Shown here piece after piece: positions 47,386 through 56,781 of a stretch of DNA of 64,000 nucleotides. This DNA comes from a virus. Its lineage: Duplodnaviria > Caudoviricetes. How positions within the stretch are numbered: position 1 is the stretch's first letter; each line of letters opens with the position of its first letter. Location of the stretch: the IMG/VR virus record IMGVR_UViG_3300014205_007777, positions 5,476 to 69,475 of that record; one strand, written 5' to 3'. Both the position numbers and the translations under genes were made by a program. A model generated the notes under the pieces. That model did no database searches. It was not told the DNA's origin and was given only the letters and a program-made list of their open reading frames with translations.

Positions 47386-47877
47386 ATGGAAGATACCGAT
47401 TGCCAAATAGGAAAACGAGTTTTGGTTACAGAACTAAATGTAGAAGGTACTATTTACGAGAGTGGGTTGCCTGATTTTAGTGTAGATAGGATATATGGAA
47501 TCAGATTCGATAAAACAGTTTTCCCTGTAAATTTTATTGCAACAACTGTGTGGCATTGTAAAGCAAGTGAATTAAGTGAAGACCGTAATGATTATCTTGA
47601 GCAATTAGAAATGGACAATATAAAGTTAATTGATGAAAACAAGAAGTTAAAAGGAGAAAAGATGTTTAGTGAATTAAGTTTAGAATACACACCTATTGAT
47701 ATGTCACAAGACAAGAATACTATTAATACTGAAAGTGGCTGTTGGATTGCCAGATTTAAAGAGCAAGGAATTACTGCGTATGGCAAGACATTAGAAATTG
47801 CCACAGAAAAGGCAACTAAAATGTTGAAGGAATGGTATTTAGTGAATCAGGTCTCTCTAAATAATAAGGAGTGTTGA
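47386..47877 (+). CDS. Hypothetical protein
   Basis: ORF track; SH3-like N-half, HicB-like C-half pattern (weak). Confidence 0.55.
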   Translation: MEDTDCQIGKRVLVTELNVEGTIYESGLPDFSVDRIYGIRFDKTVFPVNFIATTVWHCKASELSEDRNDYLEQLEMDNIKLIDENKKLKGEKMFSELSLEYTPIDMSQDKNTINTESGCWIARFKEQGITAYGKTLEIATEKATKMLKEWYLVNQVSLNNKEC

Positions 47878-47883
47878 GCTAAG

Positions 47884-48234
47884 ATGAAAATTAATTACAC
47901 GATAACAATATATGGTGAATCAGCCAGTGATATGCGTGAGGTAGAACCCGATGATGTCGCTGATACAACATGGGAATACCAAGATATCTGTTGTGATGAC
48001 ATGAAAAAACTAATTGATGGTCATGTTATTAAACCGACTACAGAAAGAGTGACACGTAAGTCAGGTTTGGACAGTATGCTAATTTTTGCCTCTGATTTCC
48101 CAATAATAATGCGGTACTGTCCCTTTTGTGGGACTAAGTTTACCTTCCATGAAATTGGGAGGTTAAAGAGAGTTAGAACAGCCGCGTTACCCCGTACAAG
48201 GTACGAATACGAATATGAAGAAAAACCTGTATAG
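47884..48234 (+). CDS. Hypothetical protein
   Basis: CCDDM...YCPFCG; same leader motif. Confidence 0.65.
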   Translation: MKINYTITIYGESASDMREVEPDDVADTTWEYQDICCDDMKKLIDGHVIKPTTERVTRKSGLDSMLIFASDFPIIMRYCPFCGTKFTFHEIGRLKRVRTAALPRTRYEYEYEEKPV

Positions 48235-48395
48235 AGTTATAAAAGGAGTGTTGAGTAAAAATGCTTTGTTACAAACACAAAATAAAATTAGCTATTGATG
48301 CTGTCGGAAACAATTGGTGCCCTAAATGTGTCGGCGAGAAGATGGCTAAGGAAGTTAGCAAGAAGCTTAAACTTAATTTAGGAGTGTGAGCTAAG

Positions 48396-48887
48396 ATGAG
48401 TCATCCTATACACAATAAATCAGTGGATATCGAGATTAAACCCGGGGAAAATCTTCCGGATCCTTTTACTTCTGCACTTCAGATACAGAAATACGCCATT
48501 CAATTTCTAGCTGAGAATGATAAATACTCCCGGTTCTACTGTTCTGAATACGAACAAATGACGATGCGGTGTGAGGTGAATTCACAGATGATCTCATTTC
48601 TGAATCTTCCACGAGGTGAATGGATATTTCAAAATGTCATAATGGATACCTCTAAACGTGATCCCCAGGGTAAACCTACTTTAATCCGCATGACCTATCA
48701 TCCTTCTGTATCCCTGATTAATATACCATTCATAGTACTGCCGGCAGACGGGGAGAATAACGGAGAGTATATACCGGAAGATACGAATGAGGATCTGAAA
48801 CATATACCTGGTACAGTTTGTCCCTATCATAAGGAGACAGTAGGGACTTGTAAGGAAGATAATTGTGTCGATTGTCCGGAGAGCTAA
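48396..48887 (+). CDS. Hypothetical protein
   Basis: Same leader motif; Cys-rich C-terminus. Confidence 0.6.
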   Translation: MSHPIHNKSVDIEIKPGENLPDPFTSALQIQKYAIQFLAENDKYSRFYCSEYEQMTMRCEVNSQMISFLNLPRGEWIFQNVIMDTSKRDPQGKPTLIRMTYHPSVSLINIPFIVLPADGENNGEYIPEDTNEDLKHIPGTVCPYHKETVGTCKEDNCVDCPES

Positions 48888-49150
48888 CGTATAAAGAGAG
48901 GTTAAATTTAATGAAAAAGCATACAGATAAAGAACGTTTAGACTGGCTAGAAAAGAATGATGGTTGCGGCCTGATTAGTGATGATGCCGGAAGATGGGCG
49001 GTTAGTACAAGTGGCACCCAGAATTGTCCCGATTCTGAAAAACCAATTGATATCGCTACTTACTTTTTTGTTGAAGCTAAGGAATGGCAGAAATCTATTC
49101 GAGAAGCTATTGATTATGCCATTGACCATGAGATGAGCCAGACTAAGTGA
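48863..49150 (+). CDS. Hypothetical phage protein
   Basis: DKERLDWLE...SIREAID.A motif; likely start a few codons downstream. Confidence 0.6.
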   Translation: MCRLSGELTYKERLNLMKKHTDKERLDWLEKNDGCGLISDDAGRWAVSTSGTQNCPDSEKPIDIATYFFVEAKEWQKSIREAIDYAIDHEMSQTK

Positions 49151-49157
49151 GGTGTAA

Positions 49158-49340
49158 ATGGGTGGAACTATATATCCTGAATGTCTCATGACAGAAATTA
49201 AGGTATTTGCAGGGTTTGATTCTGATTCAAGAATCCTGTATGTATTCAAGAAAAGACCTTTAAAAGTGAGAAGGGAACTGGCTGGAGGGAGGGGGTGGTT
49301 ATCCTTTCTCCACCCTCTCCCGAAAGTTAACGATAAGTGA
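49158..49340 (+). pseudogene. Truncated duplicate of the gene at 51452, fused to hairpin-derived sequence
   Basis: First ~36 codons match 51452-51565, then run into the B hairpin repeat. Confidence 0.65.
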
Positions 49341-49343
49341 GGT
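49272..49343. repeat. Hairpin-containing direct repeat B, left copy
   Basis: AGGGAACTGGCT...GGGAGGGGGTGG-ttatcctttct-CCACCCTCTCCC-GAAAGTTAACGATAAGTGAGGT; second copy at 51366-51437. Confidence 0.85.
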
Positions 49344-49423
49344 TAAAGAAATGCGTGAAAGATGCACCTGACATTAATAACTTGTTAAATAGTTATACCA
49401 AATAAAAAAATAAAGGGAGAACA

Positions 49424-51352
49424 ATGGAAAAGAATAAGAAATTAGTTTCAAGACGAGACTTTCTAGCCGCTAGTGGCGCCGTCATAGCGGCCGGTGCATT
49501 AAGTGCATGTACACCAAAGACATCAACCGTAACTACTACGGCAGCTCCAATCACGACAACGAAAACAGTAACTAGTACCGCGACTCAAACAGCGCCGGCA
49601 GTGACTACGACGGTGACAGGAACAACGGTCACAAAAACACCCGAGACAGTTTCATTCGATGTTATGAATCCGGCGGGCGCAATCGCACCAGTACCATTCA
49701 CGGGGTTAAGTAATCCACGTCTTACTACTCTGGAAGGTAAGAAAATTGTATTGACCGAGAATGGTAAACCTGGCTCTGGTTTCTTCTTAGATGAGCTTGC
49801 AATATTGTTAAAGAAGAAATATCCCACAATAACAACCTTCCGACTGCGTGGCACAGAAGCTTCAACGAAGATAAAAGATGAAGCAGACGCCTGGGTCCAT
49901 GCAACCGGTGACTGAGGACAATGCACCTGGGCAGGGTCCCAGACTTCAGTCGGTTTCGAAAAACTTGGTAAACCTGGTGTGTACTTCACAGCTGATAGCT
50001 TCCTTAATGATGGTAGATCAGGAGCGGAAGATAATGGTATGCCCACACTGCGCATACTGACAGTACCGGCTGGAACGTATTATCCAGCTCGTGTATCAAC
50101 AGAACTAATGCGTCCCATCGCAGAGTTGGTCTTCAATGATCTGGTCAAGGCGCTTACCACTCCTCTCACGGATGCCGAAAAGAATCCACCGCCGAAAGTT
50201 ATCGATGTCACAACTCCGATAAAAATCACCGGCAGGACATATAATGAGGCTCTGGAGTTTATGCAACAGATTTTTCTCACTAATCGTTGGATAGATAGTC
50301 TACCGATAATACCGCCTACTGCAGAAGCGGTTAAGTGGATGATGACCGGTACAACGCGCTCACCAAAGGAAGTGCTAGGTGTTATGGCGCCTAAAGATGG
50401 TGAAGTTACCATAGAGAAAGTTGCTATTAATGCGGTAATGGCAGGAGCCAGGCCGGAATATTTCCCTGTCATCATAGCCGCAGCAGAATGTCTGGCATCT
50501 CCCGATTTCTATACTCTTCATCTACAGGCTTCAACAGGATCGGAAGTTCCGGTGATAATTGTTAATGGACCTATTATCCAAGAAATTGGAATGAATTTCG
50601 AAATGGGATTCATGGGTGATAGTTGTCGGCCAAACAGTACGATTGGTCGTGCAGTAAGTTTATGCATGATTAGTCTTGGTTGGGCCTGGTCGCAGTTCAA
50701 TGATCAGGGGTTAACGGGTCGACCAGAGGGCTATTGTAACTTCGTTATTCCTGAGAATGAACGGGACTCGCCCTGGATGCCATACCATGTAGAATTGGGG
50801 TACAAACCGGAAGAGTGTACTGTAACTGTGGCTTCGTCTATGGCATATACACGGCATGGCTCCGGTGGTGCGGTAACCGCCCTGACGGTTGAGGAAAATA
50901 TGCAATCCCTGGCGAATAATATCGCTACCGTAGGTACATCCGCCAGTTATGTATTTAGGACCGGCGTTAATGCCAAGAGATACGTTGTAACGATACAACC
51001 CGCACTGTCCCGAGATTTGGCTAAACTCGGATACGATAAACAAAAACTAAAGTTATGGCTTTATGACCATGCTCTCTTCCCATGGGACGACCTATTCCCG
51101 GTTGAGAAGACAGATTTGGAAGTCTCTGTAAAAGCGGGGCGTATTCCAGGTGTAACCATGGATGATCTCAAACCAGGCGGTGGTATTCGAGCATTCCGAG
51201 GTCCAGACCACATGACCATAGTGGTAGCAGGCGGTGAACCCTGTTATTGTTGTGTGTTCTGTTACCCCGGACCACATACACCACCATCAAAACCAGATCA
51301 GCACATAACCAAGAAAATATATGGAGCAGCCCTTACTAAGGCAGGTAAGTAG
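49424..51352 (+). CDS. UGSC-family-like selenoprotein, Tat-exported lipoprotein (642 aa, Sec at TGA 49913-49915)
   Basis: ORFs 49424-49915 and 49979-51352 are in frame; readthrough gives HATGD-U-GQCTW (UxxC); SRRDFL twin-Arg plus ALSAC lipobox; SECIS-like hairpin 11 nt after UGA. Confidence 0.85.
49916..49942 (+). promoter_or_regulatory. Bacterial SECIS element
   Basis: 11-nt spacer then CTGGG-CAGGGT-CCCAG stem-loop with G-rich apical loop. Confidence 0.75.
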
Positions 51353-51365
51353 TTTACCAGCCAGC

Positions 51366-51437
51366 AGGGAACTGGCTTTCGGGAGAGGGTGGCTATCCTT
51401 TCTCCATCTTCTCCCGAAAGTTAACGATAAGTGAGGT
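51366..51437. repeat. Hairpin-containing direct repeat B, right copy
   Basis: TTCGGGAGAGGGTGG-ctatcctttct-CCATCTTCTCCCGAA; stem kept through G-T-compatible changes. Confidence 0.85.
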
Positions 51438-51451
51438 GTAAAAGGAGAGAA

Positions 51452-51766
51452 ATGGGTGGAACTATATATCCTGAATGTCTCATGACAGAAATTAAGGTGT
51501 TTGCAGGTTTTGATTCTGATTCAAGAATCCTGTATGTTTTCAAGAAAAGACCTTTAAAATTTCACAGGGAAACAACTTCTTACTCTCGCTTATATAAAGA
51601 ATTATCATTTGTACCGCCAAGGGGAGTATTGTTGTGTATAACTCTTTGGCATAATAGTTTTCCTGTGAAGTTAGAAGTTATGAAAGGGCATGACTGGACT
51701 ACGATATACAAACTTCAAGAGCTACCGGACGATCGTCAATGTTTAGCTGGATGTCATAAACTATGA
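51452..51766 (+). CDS. Hypothetical protein (full-length copy of gene A)
   Basis: ATG behind AAGGAG; 5' end duplicated at 49158. Confidence 0.65.
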   Translation: MGGTIYPECLMTEIKVFAGFDSDSRILYVFKKRPLKFHRETTSYSRLYKELSFVPPRGVLLCITLWHNSFPVKLEVMKGHDWTTIYKLQELPDDRQCLAGCHKL

Positions 51767-52038
51767 ATAATATCTTTGAGAGCGAAGCGATCCGTACCGC
51801 AGAACAGACCCGGGAGATCCTTAAAGAAAAGGGTTGGTGTATCTGGTCATGCCGTAACCTTGACCGCGATAAAATAATCGTGGCTGCCGATGGTTATCAA
51901 ATGCCTATGATGGAAACGGATTATCCAATTTATACCTTGAGTGAGTTAGAAGAACTTTCCAAGAAGGATTTAAGTACTATAAAGTTAGTGCACCAGGCAA
52001 AGAAAATCGGTGGAGCGAAGGTGTTTAAGGAGGCTTAA
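51763..52038 (+). CDS. Hypothetical protein
   Basis: ATGA coupling; last gene of plus-strand block. Confidence 0.6.
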   Translation: MNNIFESEAIRTAEQTREILKEKGWCIWSCRNLDRDKIIVAADGYQMPMMETDYPIYTLSELEELSKKDLSTIKLVHQAKKIGGAKVFKEA

Positions 52039-52249
52039 GTATCTTACTTACAAGCTTATTGTAAACTCTTACCCGTTCCGCTCCGGACAACTTCGAGAGG
52101 GACGGGTTTTCTTTTAGCTCTTTCGCCGCGGCTCTACTGGCGATCGCAAACGGTAACCGTGAAGGTTCCAGCCAGGGAGTCTTATCTCTACCCTTACGGG
52201 ACTCTCTTAATACAATTACGGCATTATCCAGATTTGCTTGTTGTGTCAT
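52025..52249 (-). CDS. Small basic hypothetical protein
   Basis: ORF track. Confidence 0.45.
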   Translation of the reverse strand: MTQQANLDNAVIVLRESRKGRDKTPWLEPSRLPFAIASRAAAKELKENPSLSKLSGAERVRVYNKLVSKILKPP

Positions 52250-52275
52250 TACTTTATAATAGCATAATTTGTGAC

Positions 52276-52376
52276 AAAATACCGTCAGAGGTCAATACCT
52301 GAAGGGATTATTCTTAAAAGATAATACAGAGAATACAGTTTCTTCTAGTCCAGACCGTGACTCGGTACAGAGCCTC
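52276..52376. repeat. Dispersed ~100-bp intergenic element, copy 2
   Basis: Homologous to 43719-43818 and 60035-60134. Confidence 0.65.
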
Positions 52377-52380
52377 TTTT

Positions 52381-52418
52381 AAAAACAAAAAGGCGTAGGG
52401 TGTTTAGTCCTACGCCTT
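52381..52418 (-). terminator. Rho-independent terminator (minus strand)
   Basis: AAGGCGTAGG-9 nt-CCTACGCCTT stem with T-rich tail on minus strand. Confidence 0.8.
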
Positions 52419-52440
52419 CGTTTAGTAAATTAAGTCCAGG

Positions 52441-52689
52441 TTAGCGGCCACGCCTTAAAGCGGTCGAAACGCAACTATTCATTGAGTGGATCCTAGCAGC
52501 CCCTTTCTTATTCTGGGTCTCCTGTGCACATTTGGCGGGAATTCCGCCTCTTGTAAACAGGTATTGGGCTAGATGAGAAGGTACGGATCCCTTGGGGAAT
52601 GACCGGGCCTTTAAATTGAAAAGGCGATGGCTCCACGGTACTGCCGCGTAAACGATTGCATTGCCTGCATTGGTTAATGCTACAGCCAT
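52441..52689 (-). CDS. Small basic protein in its own transcription unit
   Basis: 82 aa, Arg/Lys-rich; SD AGAGGT; own terminator. Confidence 0.6.
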   Translation of the reverse strand: MAVALTNAGNAIVYAAVPWSHRLFNLKARSFPKGSVPSHLAQYLFTRGGIPAKCAQETQNKKGAARIHSMNSCVSTALRRGR

Positions 52690-52815
52690 TTTAATTTAAC
52701 CTCTTAAAAGAGTATACGGTATATTTCAACCGGCGACTCGGCCTTCTAATTCCGAGTATCGACCTCGCATCTAATATATAACTATATTTCAGGAGGTTTG
52801 TCAAGACCCTGTAAA

Positions 52816-53118
52816 TTATCTGCCGTAATTAGGCCCATATTTTTTACGCAGAAACTCAGGGTCAGTTTGCTGTTTGATGATATTCTCAAGTAGTTTATCT
52901 ACTTCATAAGCAATAGGTAGCATCTGTCTTAATTTAGTCCGCAATTCGGGATAGTCCCTGAGTGGGAAACCTTCGGCGATGTCAACCGCGGTCCGGATAT
53001 TCCAGCTATTATTAAGTTTGAGTATCTTTTTAGCATCCGCTTCTGCGTCAGTGTTGGATGTTTCTCTCAGGTTAATTGCTCCACTTGTTTTATGTGGATA
53101 TAACGGTTGTTTCGTCAT
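52816..53118 (-). CDS. YPH-tagged protein (MTKQPLYPHK)
   Basis: Tag; SD GAGGT. Confidence 0.7.
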   Translation of the reverse strand: MTKQPLYPHKTSGAINLRETSNTDAEADAKKILKLNNSWNIRTAVDIAEGFPLRDYPELRTKLRQMLPIAYEVDKLLENIIKQQTDPEFLRKKYGPNYGR

Positions 53119-53135
53119 AATATTACCTCACTTAT

Positions 53136-53867
53136 TTAAATTTTAAACCGAGACCCCCGCTCCGGTAACGGATACCAGTCTGGATGAGCCATATATTCCG
53201 CCCCGGTTATACCGTAGTGATTTATTGCTCTCTCGATATCGTTTTTAGGCGTACCTCTTGCCAGAGATGCAGTATTTTCCTCTGGCAACTCTAATAATCC
53301 CAGATATTCCAAATACGGTGAGTTCTCCATATTTACCTCTATAACCAGGTCCCCTTCAGGTAATATCTGGTAACCTAATTGCTGTGTGATTAAAGCGACA
53401 TATAGAATACAGTTTACCGGAGTATTGAAGGGTTTGGTGAAGGTATAGGCAGTTTTTACCGCCGTGTTCCACGGCCATCCGGGGAACCATGAAGGGACAG
53501 GCGGTCCTTCCCATGGATACAGCGGAAGCCAGGAGTCTAAAAGATAGTTCCAGGCTGTGGAAAAATTTTCCCCCATATTATAGGTAGAACGTCCATAGTC
53601 AGCGATGGCATTCAATATATCTTGGGAGGTAATGTTCTGTGCCGCTTTTATTCTATAGACATGAGATTGAGGGTAGATGTCATAACGTGTTACGGCCGTG
53701 CCTTTACCGATACTTTCCGTGATGATACGGTTTTGCGGGTCAACAAAAATTCCCCAGTGAAAGGTTTTTGAGCCTTGGAGTCGGCATATCTCCTGAGTCC
53801 ACCACACGCCGGGCGGGTTACCGAAAAGATCGCCGGGTTTTAAATCATTTAGTGTGATAGTATCCAC
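53136..53867 (-). CDS. Permuted papain-like (NlpC/P60, YiiX-like) enzyme
   Basis: LKPGDLF...FHWGIFV (His first) ...Y...NCILYV (Cys later). Confidence 0.7.
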   Translation of the reverse strand: MDTITLNDLKPGDLFGNPPGVWWTQEICRLQGSKTFHWGIFVDPQNRIITESIGKGTAVTRYDIYPQSHVYRIKAAQNITSQDILNAIADYGRSTYNMGENFSTAWNYLLDSWLPLYPWEGPPVPSWFPGWPWNTAVKTAYTFTKPFNTPVNCILYVALITQQLGYQILPEGDLVIEVNMENSPYLEYLGLLELPEENTASLARGTPKNDIERAINHYGITGAEYMAHPDWYPLPERGSRFKI

Positions 53868-53872
53868 GTCTT

Positions 53873-54526
53873 TTATCCCTTATCTAAATTCTTTAATATC
53901 TCACTGTCTTTTTCCTGGAGATATCCCGTCAGTTCCCCTAAGACTTGACCGTATTTCATTTTATTACAGGTAGCTTTCTCCGCGACTTCGGTCATGGTCT
54001 TAATCCATTTCTCGGGAGTAGTGTTCTGATCGTCAAGTAAAGGTTGGAGTTTTTCGGTTACCTTAGCACCGTCGCATTCATCTTTTTCAGCGATCTTCAC
54101 GAACTCAACGGCAGCCGCGGCTATGTGACATTCAGAACAATTTTCATATGCTTCTTCAGGTGTCATTTCGGTGGTGGGTTTTTCTCCGGCTATTGCTTCT
54201 GCCGCTGCAAGTGATGAAGGTGATTTTGGTGTGTCTTGTGGTGAAGGTGTGTTTTGTGCGCGTTCCTCCTCCTCTTTCAGTAAATCCTCAAGTCCTTCAT
54301 TAGTATCCGTAGTGGATGTAATTCTATCTTTTAGTGTCACAGCTCCCTCCTTGCATAATTCCTTACAATTTTCTTTATCTGATACGCATTTCTTGGCGAT
54401 ATCGACGACTAACTTATGTTCCTCTTCGGTCTTCGTTGAATCGGTTAATAACATCGCTTTTTTAATAAGCCCTTTTTCGAGGGCGGCACTTGCTTCCTCA
54501 ATTCTTTTTGTAGCTCCAGACATCAA
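53873..54526 (-). CDS. Hypothetical helical protein with Cys pairs
   Basis: 217-aa ORF; CKELC, CSECH. Confidence 0.65.
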   Translation of the reverse strand: MMSGATKRIEEASAALEKGLIKKAMLLTDSTKTEEEHKLVVDIAKKCVSDKENCKELCKEGAVTLKDRITSTTDTNEGLEDLLKEEEERAQNTPSPQDTPKSPSSLAAAEAIAGEKPTTEMTPEEAYENCSECHIAAAAVEFVKIAEKDECDGAKVTEKLQPLLDDQNTTPEKWIKTMTEVAEKATCNKMKYGQVLGELTGYLQEKDSEILKNLDKG

Positions 54527-54537
54527 TCACTCCTTTC

Positions 54538-54957
54538 TTATTCATTATACGCCGATGCGTGTTGTTTAGGTGTTAATCCTATATATTCCGAACTTTTCGG
54601 ATTCAGTACGAATTTTCCGTCATTACCCAGGTTGATGATTATATTCTTGGTTTCATATTCTACCCGGTATATCTCCTCTTCTTCACCGGGATGAGCATAA
54701 AAGTAAACGGCATCTTTCATTCTATCACACATCCATTCACCTTCCGCATCACCGTATCTTTTCTTAAATTCAGTAAGTACCTTATTCCAGCCTAGTTTCG
54801 GGGATATCTTTAAAAAATTAGCCGTGTCATCAAGGATATGTTCATTATTGAGTTCGGTATACTCAAAATCTAATACCTTCCATGCAACGGTTTCACCGAC
54901 AGTTCCTATCCTGAAACCAGTACGGTAAGCGGTATGGGGATAGAGCGCCTGGGACAT
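54538..54957 (-). CDS. YPH-tagged protein (MSQALYPHT)
   Basis: Tag variant. Confidence 0.7.
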   Translation of the reverse strand: MSQALYPHTAYRTGFRIGTVGETVAWKVLDFEYTELNNEHILDDTANFLKISPKLGWNKVLTEFKKRYGDAEGEWMCDRMKDAVYFYAHPGEEEEIYRVEYETKNIIINLGNDGKFVLNPKSSEYIGLTPKQHASAYNE

Positions 54958-55232
54958 TAATCTACCTTCGTCGGCAGACCGAAAAATCTACCGACTTTAT
55001 TCTTGATATTACCGAATTTTCTAGCGGCTGCCTCCGCCTTTTCCCCGCCGAGAATCTTAGCTATTTTAGGCTCTATTAAATTAGCATCCAGTCCCCCGGG
55101 CCATAATATATTTAAGACATGGGGAAGCGGCGGTCCTTTACCGGGCGGTGTAGGAGCTAAATTGTTAAAGATATTTGATAGTCCTCCGTTTGAAACATTA
55201 ATCTTGTGCGGATATAAGGGTTGTTTAGACAT
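54957..55232 (-). CDS. YPH-tagged protein also carrying the GPPLP..NI.WP module
   Basis: MSKQPLYPHK...GKGPPLPHVLNILWPG. Confidence 0.7.
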   Translation of the reverse strand: MSKQPLYPHKINVSNGGLSNIFNNLAPTPPGKGPPLPHVLNILWPGGLDANLIEPKIAKILGGEKAEAAARKFGNIKNKVGRFFGLPTKVD

Positions 55233-55243
55233 ATTATCCTCCT

Positions 55244-55675
55244 TTAATACTCTGGCGGTATCACTAGTTCCCGTCCATTTAATATTGGGTCCATCACCGC
55301 TCTTACCGCGGGATGCCCTTTTAAATATAATTCAGCACACAGTAATTTCTTATGCCTTCGCCCGTAGGATATATTATAATCACGGCACATATGCTGGAGC
55401 TCTTTTAACAAGAATGCTCCGTCGCACTTGCACAGTGCCGGATCGGACTCCTCACATTCGCTTATTTCTAATTGGTAATTGAACTTAGACATTAAAGTAC
55501 CGATCCGTTGATTAGAATAAGCAGTCAGTACGGTACCGAAAACGAATTCACCTAAAAGTTCGCTGAGTTCGTCATAATCTTCCTGGCTGAGTGATTCTTT
55601 AGCAGCCGCCAGGATCTGTGAAACCTTATCGGGTGCCAGTTTTACAATAATCGGTGTGTTGGAAAGTCCAGCCAT
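55244..55675 (-). CDS. Hypothetical protein with SAP/HeH-like segment
   Basis: LLKELQHMCRDYNISYGRRHKKLLCAEL. Confidence 0.55.
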   Translation of the reverse strand: MAGLSNTPIIVKLAPDKVSQILAAAKESLSQEDYDELSELLGEFVFGTVLTAYSNQRIGTLMSKFNYQLEISECEESDPALCKCDGAFLLKELQHMCRDYNISYGRRHKKLLCAELYLKGHPAVRAVMDPILNGRELVIPPEY

Positions 55676-56020
55676 CTATTTCTCCACCGGGATCTCTTTT
55701 ACTCTATACCCGTTAGTTTTAAGATGTTCTATCCAGGCTTTAGTTAACTCAATTCCCCCTTTTTCCGAAGTAAAACAACACGGTGCCGGAGTTTTACCAT
55801 CTTCCAAGACACAGCTTGTGACGATTCCATCAGAATAACAACCTACACGTATCAGGCGTTTGGAGTCATCCTGGTATAGTTCCGCAGCGTAGATGACTTT
55901 GGCTTCACTGTTTCCCCGTTGATTTACCATTGGTAAACCGTTGTTTATTGATGGACATACGCCGGTTTCTACACATATATTGTTTAATCCCTGGGTTATT
56001 TTGTTAATGTCAGTAACCAT
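55676..56020 (-). CDS. Cys-rich hypothetical protein
   Basis: ORF with SD GGAGGT. Confidence 0.6.
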   Translation of the reverse strand: MVTDINKITQGLNNICVETGVCPSINNGLPMVNQRGNSEAKVIYAAELYQDDSKRLIRVGCYSDGIVTSCVLEDGKTPAPCCFTSEKGGIELTKAWIEHLKTNGYRVKEIPVEK

Positions 56021-56023
56021 GGG

Positions 56024-56326
56024 TTACCTCCCATATTCTAAGTTTACAATACTCTTTGCCAAGTTCTTGAGAGCCTCACCTTTTGATTCTGTTGGATGTT
56101 CTTGTTGTTCTTTGAGTAATCCCTCATATATACGTTTCAAGTCCTTAAGGTATTCAGTTCTAGCTGTACGCCCTACGCCATACTTGGGCATACCAATCCG
56201 TCCCGGAGGTCCCTTGTATGGTAAGTCACGGGCTGGAATAAACTCTTCACTGGTACGAGTTGTAGGTAACATCCGTGGATATTTACTCTCTGATACATGT
56301 GGATACATTGGTTCTTTCTTAGCCAT
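56024..56326 (-). CDS. YPH-tagged protein (MAKKEPMYPHV)
   Basis: Start moved to ATG 56326 behind GGAGGT. Confidence 0.7.
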   Translation of the reverse strand: MAKKEPMYPHVSESKYPRMLPTTRTSEEFIPARDLPYKGPPGRIGMPKYGVGRTARTEYLKDLKRIYEGLLKEQQEHPTESKGEALKNLAKSIVNLEYGR

Positions 56327-56327
56327 G

Positions 56328-56777
56328 TCAGACCTCCATGATTTCACTTATTGCCGTAACTGCCTCTTCGGCGATATTTTTCTGGAATGTTTTACCCAGG
56401 AACATCATTTTTGCTTGTTCAACATCTCGGGTTTCAACGTGTATGTACCATCCCTCGGAGCCGCCGGTGACATAATAAACTGCTGTCCAGCGTGCCTTTA
56501 TATCCCAAAGTGATGCGGGACGCAGGCGTTGTTCTAAACTTAAACTGAAATAGTCCATGCCATTGAACACTTCAGGATATTTGGACTGTAATTTCTTTCT
56601 GACATAATCATATACTTGCTGAATTGTTTTTGGTTTTTCATTCACGATGAAACCTTCAGGATTTACTTCATAGGTCGTATAGATTCCTTCTTTAAGTTCG
56701 TTACCCGTATTTTCTAATCTCGGACTGAGTATTTTGGAATATGGTACATGTGGATATAGTGGTTCTTTCTTAGTCAT
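56328..56777 (-). CDS. YPH-tagged protein (MTKKEPLYPHV)
   Basis: Tag; YYVTGGSEGWYIHVE core. Confidence 0.7.
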   Translation of the reverse strand: MTKKEPLYPHVPYSKILSPRLENTGNELKEGIYTTYEVNPEGFIVNEKPKTIQQVYDYVRKKLQSKYPEVFNGMDYFSLSLEQRLRPASLWDIKARWTAVYYVTGGSEGWYIHVETRDVEQAKMMFLGKTFQKNIAEEAVTAISEIMEV

Positions 56778-56781
56778 GTTG

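Noticed and set aside
49272-49343. Integron attC site
   Set aside because: GTTAACG does not fit the GTTRRRY core, no inverse core, and the recombinase lacks the IntI-specific insertion
49424-51352. Two separate genes or a nonsense pseudogene; alternatively genome-wide TGA recoding
   Set aside because: In-frame UxxC motif and SECIS hairpin explain the single TGA; many other genes end normally at TGA, often in ATGA overlaps
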